DNA of 53,618 nucleotides from a virus (Duplodnaviria; Heunggongvirae; Uroviricota; Caudoviricetes): IMG/VR virus record IMGVR_UViG_2563366968_000008; one strand, 5' to 3'. Shown piece by piece: positions 46,486 to 53,618 of this stretch (position 1 is its first letter; each line of letters starts with the position of its first letter). The notes under the pieces were generated by a model. It saw only the letters and a program-made list of their open reading frames with translations, ran no database searches and was not told where the DNA came from. The position numbers and the translations under genes were made by a program.

Positions 46486-49400
46486 ATGAGTAGCGGCGGC
46501 GGTAAAGCAAAAACACCGACTTTAATTAACGATAATCTATACCATAAACAATTTTATCGTGTACTTGATATTATTTCGGAAGGTCCGATTTATGGACCTG
46601 TAAATACAAAAGCGCCATTAAATAGCGTGATGCTTAATGATACGCCTGTTACAGACGCGAACGGCAATACAAGTATCCCGGGTGTTAGTGTGGCGTGGCG
46701 TAACGGCACGTTAGATCAATCACCTATTAACGGTTTTAACGCCATTGAGTCAACCGTTATTGTTAACGCACAGGTTAAACATGACACACCAATAATCAGG
46801 ACGGTATCAGATCCTAACGTTACGCGCATTCGCCTGAACATCGGCGTCGATTCACTTGTACAATCTGACGAGCAAAGCAATCAACATAACACATCGGTTA
46901 TGATGATGATTGACGTCAAGCCTTCATCTTCTTCTACGTGGACGCTTGTTAAAGACGTAACTATAGGCCCGGGTAAGATCAGCGGAGAATATCTTGAAGC
47001 GCATATTATCAATGCACCAGATGAAAAGCCATTTGATATTCGTGTTCGCCGTGTAACAGCCGATAGCACAGGCGATCTATTGCGGAATGATACGAGATGG
47101 AGTAGTTACAGCGAAATAATCGATGATAATTTGTCTTATCCTCACACCGCTGTAGCTGGCGCGGTTATTGATCATGATCAGTACACTGACACGCCTACCC
47201 GCACTTATCACCTGCGCGGGCTGATTGTTGATGTTCCTGATAACTATAACCCGGAAACGCGCACTTATTCCGGTTTATGGCTTGGCGGATTCAAACAGGC
47301 ATACAGTAATAACCCCGCCTGGATATTCCGCTATCTGGTTAAAAACAAGCGTTTCGGCCTTGCCCGTCATGCTGGCTATATTGACGTTGACGACGGCGCA
47401 TTATATACGCTTTCTCAATACTGCGATCAACTGGTCGATGATGGTTATGGCGGCCTTGAGCCTCGCATGACGCTTAATGCTTACATTACGGAGCAGATGA
47501 GCGCCCGCGACTTACTGGACAATATCGCCGGGATGTTCCGAGGCATCGCGTTATGGGACGGGCAACGCCTCACAGTGATGATTGATGCACCACAAGACCC
47601 GATCGCCACCATTACAAACGCAAACGTCGTTGACGGGGCGTTCACTCGATCGAGTATCTCCCGCGCGGAATGCTACAACGCCGTGATTGTGTCCTGGACT
47701 AACCCTGAAAACGGCTGGGAGCAATCAAAAGAGTATGTAGCAGATGATGATCTAATTGCCCGTGATGGTTATAACGAAACCACGCTAGAGGCGTTCGGGT
47801 GCACTTCACGCGGGCAAGCGCACCGCGCTGGCAAATGGCTGATAGAAACAGCAAAACGCGAGCCGTCAAAATTCACATTTAAAATGGCCCGTGACGCTAT
47901 TCACTTTACGCCAGGGGATATCATCGAGATCCTGGACAATAACCGCGCAGGCGCTCGCTTAGGTGGTCGCATCGTTGCGAACAATGGCAGAGTAGTAACT
48001 GTAGATAAGGTCGACGCTAAATATATCTCCGCTGGCGATACCATTAGCCTGCTTGATAGCGATGGTAAATTTAAAAAACATCAGATCACCGGAGTTAACG
48101 GGAACAAAATCACACTGGCAGCGGCCCCGGCATGGATTCGCAACGGCACTGTTTTTGCTGTATCCACTGAATCCGCAAAACCAGTTTTGTGTCGGATCAC
48201 CAGTGTAGCCGAAACCGAAAATAATAGCGTGTATACCATCGAAGCAGCGCAACATGACCCGAACAAACAAGCGGTAGTTGATGAGGGAGCAATATTTGAA
48301 ATCAACAATGACACGCTTAATCATTTCCGTGTTCCGAACATCGAAAACCTGAAAGTCATAAACATTGCGTCAGAGACGGTTCAATGCCGCGCTACATGGG
48401 AAACACAGACAACAACGCATCGCATGACCTTTGAGATCCGCATATATAACGCCGATGGTGCGGTTGTTAAAAGCTACGAAACAACGAAATACAGTTATGA
48501 TTTTTATGGCATCGACGCTGGCGCGTATTCGTTAGGCGTTCGCGGAAGAAATGACACTGGCATGAAGGGTGCAGAAAGCATAGTAGATCTTGTTATCGGT
48601 GCGCCCGCCTCGCCAATAGGCGTTAACTGGGTTCCAGGTGTATTTCAGGCTACAGTGTACCCGATAAGCAAGACAACGCTAACAACTGATACAGCGTATG
48701 AATTCTACTATGCAGGGGAAAACCAGATTACGGATCCTGCAAAAATAACCACGTCTGCGCAGTTTACCGGGCGCGGGTATCAGTGGACGTTTGGCGGCAT
48801 GAATACAGGCCATACTTATTACGTTTATGTGCGCACGCGTAACGCTTTTGGCGTGTCTGACTTTGTGGAAGCATCAGGTAAGCCGACAGAAAATTTTGAT
48901 GAAATTAGCGATTACGTCACCAAAGACGTGATGAATTCAGAACAATTTAAGGGAATGGTAAGTGATATTAAGGATCTTGGTGATCGCACTGATATTATAG
49001 AAAGCGCAACCGCCGACCTTAAAACAGCAACCGCCGACCTTAAAACAGCTACAGATGGCCTTAAAGCTGATACAGATACACTTAAAAAAGACACCGAAGC
49101 CCTTTATAAAAAAGTCGAAGAAAACGCCGACGAAATAGGCAAACATGAGGTAAGAATAGACTCATTAGAGGTATCAAACGAAAACGTTAATAACGAACTG
49201 GCACAGACAAAAGCAAGTCTACAAAACGCTTCGCTTGCTCTGATCAACAACTCGCTTGCTCAAACTAACACGCGGGTTACTCTTACCGCTCAATATAAGA
49301 AAGGCCGCAACGAAACAAAGGCACAGATTGACCGCATCGACAACGTTATCGCAGAGGAGAAAAAATCGACAGCGGAATCACTGGAAACCATCACAGCCGA

Positions 49401-51069
49401 AATAAGCGCGATGGACTCAAACACCAAAGGTGAAATAGCACGCGTAGACAAAGCGATAGCAACAGAAACACAGGCGAGAACAGAGGCTATAAGCAACGTT
49501 AACGCCAGTATCAGCAGCCTGGAAAACAAAACTAATGCGAGCGTTTCTCGTCTCGATAAAGCAATATCAGATGAAACGCAGGCAAGAAGCGATGCAATAA
49601 CAGAGGTTAAAGCTGATTTAACAACGCTTGAAAATAACACAAATGCCAGTGTTAGCCGCCTGGATCAAGCTATCGCTGACGAATCAAGCGCGCGCGCTCA
49701 GGCAATATCAGGTATCAGTGCGGAGCTTGGTCTTGTTGAAAATAAGGTTGATAAAAACAACGACGAAATAGATCAGGCGAAAGCAAGTCTGCAAAACGCC
49801 TCGCTTGCACTTATCAACAACTCAATAGCGCAAAGCAAGGCGAGCACTGTTATTGAGGCGAAGTACAGGAAAGGCCAGATAAAAACAAAAGCGGAAATAG
49901 CAAGGATCGACACAGCAATAGCGGACGAAACCCAGGCCCGCGCGGAGGCTATATCATCACTTGAAGCCAATATTAATGAAAACATTTCAGCAAAAATAAC
50001 AGATATATCAACGGCGCTCGCAACTCACGAGGCATCAAGTGCTGAAAAATTTGTCCAAATATCGGCATCTTTCGACGATGTAAACTCAAGCATCACGGAA
50101 TGGTCGCGGGCTATGGCAACGGCAGACGAGGCATTGTCAACCAGAATCGACCAGTTGAAAGTAACTATTAACGGAAACACAACGGCGATAGAAACGACAT
50201 CAAAAGCACTGACTGACTTCAAAGGTAACGTTGATGCGTCATATTCAATTAAGATTGCCACTGATAAAAACGGCATGAAATACGCTACAGGAATGTCGCT
50301 CGGCCTTACTGGTAGCGGGACTAACGTTCAATCGCAGTGTATTTTCCTCGTTGACCGTTTCGTGCTTATGACTGCGGCAGGTGGCTCCTATCAGACCCCG
50401 TTCTATGTTACTAACGGTGCTTGCTACATCCGTGATGCGTGGATCAGAGACGCATCAATCACTACCGCGAAGATTGCACAGCAAATTCAATCAACCAACT
50501 ATAAAGCTGGTTCTGCTGGCTGGATGCTAAATAAAAACGGCAATGCGGAGTTCAACAACGTCACTGTACGCGGTACGGTGTACGCAACATCTGGTAAATT
50601 CACTGGTGAGATTCAGGCCACAAGCGGGAAGTTTAAAGGTACAGTAGAGGCAAAGTCATTTATCGGTGACGTTGCTAACATGGGGGTTGGTCCAGATCGA
50701 GTACTTGGGCATAACGGAAGTTATAGCGCAACCATCACATATAAAGACAGCACGGATAATGCATTGACGAAATCAGTTATGCTTATGGCGACTATTTCAT
50801 TAATGTCTGGTGAATATAGATCCACTTATAACGTAACGTTTAGTTGCGGAGATAAAAACAAAACAATTTCATATTACGTACCTTATGGTGGATGCACATT
50901 AACAGTGCAATGCGCTTTTTCTGGTTTAAAAGCATCAGATATCATCGGGAAAATATATTGTCCTCAAACATCATCATCTGAAGGATACGCATATTGTACC
51001 GCGTTGTATTCTCCAACAATGATAGTAGCAAGAGGCACCGGATCATTTAGCACATCAACGACAGCATAA
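46486..51069 (+). CDS. Central tail fibre / host specificity protein J-like with divergent repeat-rich C-terminal region
   Basis: N-terminal two thirds resemble lambda J (NPAWIFRYLVKNKRFGLARHAGYIDVDD...YCDQLVDDGYGGLEPRMTLNAY; FGCTSRGQAHRAGKWLIET); C-terminus has repeated RxDxAIAxExxARxxAIS units. Confidence 0.9.
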   Translation: MSSGGGKAKTPTLINDNLYHKQFYRVLDIISEGPIYGPVNTKAPLNSVMLNDTPVTDANGNTSIPGVSVAWRNGTLDQSPINGFNAIESTVIVNAQVKHDTPIIRTVSDPNVTRIRLNIGVDSLVQSDEQSNQHNTSVMMMIDVKPSSSSTWTLVKDVTIGPGKISGEYLEAHIINAPDEKPFDIRVRRVTADSTGDLLRNDTRWSSYSEIIDDNLSYPHTAVAGAVIDHDQYTDTPTRTYHLRGLIVDVPDNYNPETRTYSGLWLGGFKQAYSNNPAWIFRYLVKNKRFGLARHAGYIDVDDGALYTLSQYCDQLVDDGYGGLEPRMTLNAYITEQMSARDLLDNIAGMFRGIALWDGQRLTVMIDAPQDPIATITNANVVDGAFTRSSISRAECYNAVIVSWTNPENGWEQSKEYVADDDLIARDGYNETTLEAFGCTSRGQAHRAGKWLIETAKREPSKFTFKMARDAIHFTPGDIIEILDNNRAGARLGGRIVANNGRVVTVDKVDAKYISAGDTISLLDSDGKFKKHQITGVNGNKITLAAAPAWIRNGTVFAVSTESAKPVLCRITSVAETENNSVYTIEAAQHDPNKQAVVDEGAIFEINNDTLNHFRVPNIENLKVINIASETVQCRATWETQTTTHRMTFEIRIYNADGAVVKSYETTKYSYDFYGIDAGAYSLGVRGRNDTGMKGAESIVDLVIGAPASPIGVNWVPGVFQATVYPISKTTLTTDTAYEFYYAGENQITDPAKITTSAQFTGRGYQWTFGGMNTGHTYYVYVRTRNAFGVSDFVEASGKPTENFDEISDYVTKDVMNSEQFKGMVSDIKDLGDRTDIIESATADLKTATADLKTATDGLKADTDTLKKDTEALYKKVEENADEIGKHEVRIDSLEVSNENVNNELAQTKASLQNASLALINNSLAQTNTRVTLTAQYKKGRNETKAQIDRIDNVIAEEKKSTAESLETITAEISAMDSNTKGEIARVDKAIATETQARTEAISNVNASISSLENKTNASVSRLDKAISDETQARSDAITEVKADLTTLENNTNASVSRLDQAIADESSARAQAISGISAELGLVENKVDKNNDEIDQAKASLQNASLALINNSIAQSKASTVIEAKYRKGQIKTKAEIARIDTAIADETQARAEAISSLEANINENISAKITDISTALATHEASSAEKFVQISASFDDVNSSITEWSRAMATADEALSTRIDQLKVTINGNTTAIETTSKALTDFKGNVDASYSIKIATDKNGMKYATGMSLGLTGSGTNVQSQCIFLVDRFVLMTAAGGSYQTPFYVTNGACYIRDAWIRDASITTAKIAQQIQSTNYKAGSAGWMLNKNGNAEFNNVTVRGTVYATSGKFTGEIQATSGKFKGTVEAKSFIGDVANMGVGPDRVLGHNGSYSATITYKDSTDNALTKSVMLMATISLMSGEYRSTYNVTFSCGDKNKTISYYVPYGGCTLTVQCAFSGLKASDIIGKIYCPQTSSSEGYAYCTALYSPTMIVARGTGSFSTSTTA
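49006..49047 (+). repeat. Perfect 21-bp tandem direct repeat x2 inside J-like gene (encodes ATADLKT twice)
   Basis: GCAACCGCCGACCTTAAAACA repeated back to back. Confidence 0.85.
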
Positions 51070-51353
51070 AAAACGGGGCTTATGCCCCGTTTTTTATGCA
51101 TTGTTTTTATTTTTTCACACCCATCATTTACACCAGAAAAATGGATAGGTAAATTACATTCACTGTCAATAATTTTACCTTGTAGTTGTTTTTCTTTCCA
51201 TGAGTCAGTATTGAAATAACTCGAACGTTGGTTATCAAGGCTAGTATCACCATATTGAGCAGTGCCAGCATCACTCTTATCTGTCGAATTTACAGAAGCA
51301 AAAGCACCAAAAGACAGAGCCGATAAGATGCAAGCAACAATTAGTTTTTTCAT
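50964..51353 (-). CDS. Signal-peptide protein of unknown function, opposite strand, adjacent to J-like gene (3' extent uncertain)
   Basis: MKKLIVACILSALSFGAFA signal peptide with AAGGTGA SD; frame reads through the bidirectional terminator into the J 3' end. Confidence 0.4.
   Translation of the reverse strand: MKKLIVACILSALSFGAFASVNSTDKSDAGTAQYGDTSLDNQRSSYFNTDSWKEKQLQGKIIDSECNLPIHFSGVNDGCEKIKTMHKKRGISPVFYAVVDVLNDPVPLATIIVGEYNAVQYAYPSDDDV
51070..51096. terminator. Bidirectional intrinsic terminator after J-like gene
   Basis: AACGGGGC-TTAT-GCCCCGTT flanked by A-run upstream and T-run downstream. Confidence 0.65.
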
Positions 51354-51550
51354 TGTATTCACCTTGCTGTTTGTTTTACTGTCATTTGTTGTTCGCGATG
51401 ATCCACCCATCCGATAAGAAAATCACCGCAGAAGCTATCATTTTGTGTGTTGATATAGATCAAAAAATACATTATGTATAATCCAAAAGTGTAACACAGA
51501 TCACAAAATGGTAGAATTATTCCGTTAATTAACATAATGGAGTCATTGCA

Positions 51551-53341
51551 ATGATTTACACAACAGGCACGATAGCCGTTAGCGGAAACACAGTTACCGG
51601 GGCAGGGACTGAATTCAACGCCGCATTATCTCTGATCAGAGTGGGTTGCACTCTTATTGCCATTAGCGATCCGGTGCAGATTTTTTCAATCACAGAGGTA
51701 AAAAGCGCAACAAGTTTGTCGGTAACTCCTGCGGCAAGTCCGGCTATTCCGGCTGGAACTAAATTTAGCATCCTGCTTTCAGATTCAATCTCTGTAGATG
51801 GTCTTGCTCAGGATGTTGCAGAAACACTGCGTTACTATCAGGGCAAGGAATCAGAAATAGCGGACGCCGTTGAATTTTTTAGCGACAACAAAGATGTTAT
51901 TTCAGCCTCAAAATTAGCATCAGAATCAGCTACCACTGCAACTAACGCAGCAACAACAGCGACAACCGCCGCCGATTCAGCCAAGACATACAGAGACGAG
52001 GCCCACGAATACGCCAATCAGACAGCAGAGCCGTACAGATATGTTTTACAGCCGCTGCCGGATGTGTGGATACCCTTTAATGATTCGCTGGATATGATTA
52101 CGGGCTATTCTCCGGGTTATAAAAAAGTGAAGATTGGTGATAATGTGGTTCAGGTTGCCAGTGATAAACAGGTTAATTTCAGTCGCGCATCAACGGCAAC
52201 ATATATCAATAAATCTGGCGAACTGAAAACGGCGGAAATTAATGAGCCACGATTTGAAAAAGAAGGTTTATTGATTGAAGGTCAGCGAACCAACTACATG
52301 TTGAATTCAGCAACTCCAGCTTCTTGGGGTAAATCTGCAAATATGAATGTCGCTGAGGTTGGAACTGATAGTTTTGGTTTTACTTATGGAAAGTTTGTTT
52401 GTAATGAATCATTAATTGGGCAAAGTACAACCCTTAATATGGCGGCAGTTTCAACCTCGGGGGCTGTCGATGTATCAGGCGATAATAAGAGTGTGACGAC
52501 ATCGTGCAGATTTAAAACGGATTTGGAACTCCTGTTAAGGATCAGGTTTGAAGCCTTCGATGGCAGCGCTTCATCTAATCTTGGATATGCCATTGTTAAT
52601 ACGCGGTCTTTATTGGTTGAAATCACCGGTGTAGCTGCCGACAGGCTCACCGCACGAGTTAACAAAGATGAAGCTACGGGCTGGATTTTTGTAGAGGCAA
52701 CGATTCAAGCAAGTGAAGAAACTTACATAACCTCTGCAATACAATACGCACCAAAAAAAGGTAGTGTCGTTGAATCTGGTGACTATATTTATCTGGCCAC
52801 CCCCCAGGTTGAAAATGGCCCTTGCGCATCATCTTTTATTATATCAAAAACGACGGCAGCAACCCGCGCAAGCGATATGGTCATAGTCCCAATCAAGAAT
52901 AACCTTTATAATCTTCCTTTTACAGTTCTTTGTGAGGTACATAAGAACTGGCGCAAAACGCCAAATGCAGCGCCACGTGTTTTTGAAACCAGCGGTAATC
53001 AAACCGGAGCAGCTATTATTCTTGGCTTCGGTCGCGCAACGGATCATGATGGATTCCCTTATTGTGATATTGGTGGCTCAAGCCTACGCGTTAATGAAAA
53101 CGCTTCTCTTGAAAAAATGGTTATAGGGATGCGTGTAAAAGCAAATCAATTGACATGTGCAATAAGTAACGGACGTATATCCAGCGAAACAAAAACAACC
53201 TGGACTTATATCAAAAGCTCAGCAACTATTTGTATCGGTGGTAAAACAAATACTGGAGAACGTCATCTATTTGGTCATGTCAGAAATGTTCGAGTATGGC
53301 ACAAAGCATTAACTGATACGCAATTAAGCGAAATTGTTTAA
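51551..53341 (+). CDS. Side tail fibre-like protein
   Basis: 596 aa; N-terminal MIYTTGTIAVSGNTVTGAGTEF and Ala/Thr-rich stretch SESATTATNAATTATTAADSAKTYRDEA typical of phage tail fibres. Confidence 0.55.
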   Translation: MIYTTGTIAVSGNTVTGAGTEFNAALSLIRVGCTLIAISDPVQIFSITEVKSATSLSVTPAASPAIPAGTKFSILLSDSISVDGLAQDVAETLRYYQGKESEIADAVEFFSDNKDVISASKLASESATTATNAATTATTAADSAKTYRDEAHEYANQTAEPYRYVLQPLPDVWIPFNDSLDMITGYSPGYKKVKIGDNVVQVASDKQVNFSRASTATYINKSGELKTAEINEPRFEKEGLLIEGQRTNYMLNSATPASWGKSANMNVAEVGTDSFGFTYGKFVCNESLIGQSTTLNMAAVSTSGAVDVSGDNKSVTTSCRFKTDLELLLRIRFEAFDGSASSNLGYAIVNTRSLLVEITGVAADRLTARVNKDEATGWIFVEATIQASEETYITSAIQYAPKKGSVVESGDYIYLATPQVENGPCASSFIISKTTAATRASDMVIVPIKNNLYNLPFTVLCEVHKNWRKTPNAAPRVFETSGNQTGAAIILGFGRATDHDGFPYCDIGGSSLRVNENASLEKMVIGMRVKANQLTCAISNGRISSETKTTWTYIKSSATICIGGKTNTGERHLFGHVRNVRVWHKALTDTQLSEIV

Positions 53342-53351
53342 GGTGGTTAAC

Positions 53352-53618
53352 ATGAAAGACGTTAGCTTGCAATTTACTGACAAACAGCAATACAACGACA
53401 TTGTGATTAATAGCGGCTGGCTGGATGCCAATTGGTCAACAGTGTTTATTGATGATATCGGTTTTGTCCTTGTATTCGACGATCCAGAAAGCGAGACACC
53501 TGTACTTATTGGGAAAAAAGGTTATTACGTCAACGTGCGTATAACTGGTGACGATGTTGATATTTCTCAGCTTGAGCCTTTCATTGTTCCAGATCCAGGC
53601 GTCCGCGCATGGGCTTAA
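53352..53618 (+). CDS. Hypothetical protein downstream of tail fibre (possible fibre-associated protein)
   Basis: ATG with AAGGTGG SD; ends with TAA at window end. Confidence 0.4.
   Translation: MKDVSLQFTDKQQYNDIVINSGWLDANWSTVFIDDIGFVLVFDDPESETPVLIGKKGYYVNVRITGDDVDISQLEPFIVPDPGVRAWA

Noticed and set aside
49006-49047. Possible CRISPR-like repeat
   Set aside because: Only two copies, directly tandem with no spacers, and in frame within a coding sequence; this is a coding tandem duplication.
46881-50276. Minus-strand and alternative-frame ORFs inside the J-like gene (e.g. 47959..48324, 48912..49146, 49290..49640, 49773..49985, 50025..50276)
   Set aside because: Embedded in or antisense to the 1527-aa host-specificity gene; repetitive low-complexity translations; no start signals.

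Overview
The whole 53.6-kb window reads as one lambdoid (lambda-like siphovirus) prophage of an enterobacterial host, running from a P4-type integrase at the left edge to tail-fibre genes at the right edge. No tRNA, rRNA or CRISPR array was recognised, and the att sites are not visible. The order is: integrase and excisionase-like gene; a leftward early operon (HTH protein, replication initiator, Rha/KilAC antirepressor, HTH-metallophosphoesterase fusion, DnaB-like helicase, NinB-like); a rightward CI-like repressor; a rightward operon (N-like protein, Erf-like annealing protein, SSB, many small ORFs, Dam-like and C5-methyltransferase-like genes, NinF/NinG/RusA, Q-like zinc-finger protein); a cargo region carrying a complete IS5 (1195 bp, TTAA target duplication) that truncates an ASCH-like gene, followed by 14 small ORFs; a lysis cassette (holin, SAR endolysin, Rz with embedded Rz1); then terminase, portal, capsid and lambda-like tail genes (tape measure, M, L, K, I, J). 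The most unusual feature, missed by the ORF track because every member is under 60 aa, is a tandem array of nine micro-ORFs (27618-28426) encoding 22-47 aa hydrophobic single-helix peptides, each with its own Shine-Dalgarno. Other candidates are opposite-strand insertions in the tail module (a RelE/YafQ-like toxin pair, a four-gene operon, two signal-peptide proteins), a 13-mer present in four exact copies, and a 23-bp motif shared upstream of the portal and M genes. All calls rest on reading the sequence and remembered family motifs; no database search was run, so functional names are hypotheses.
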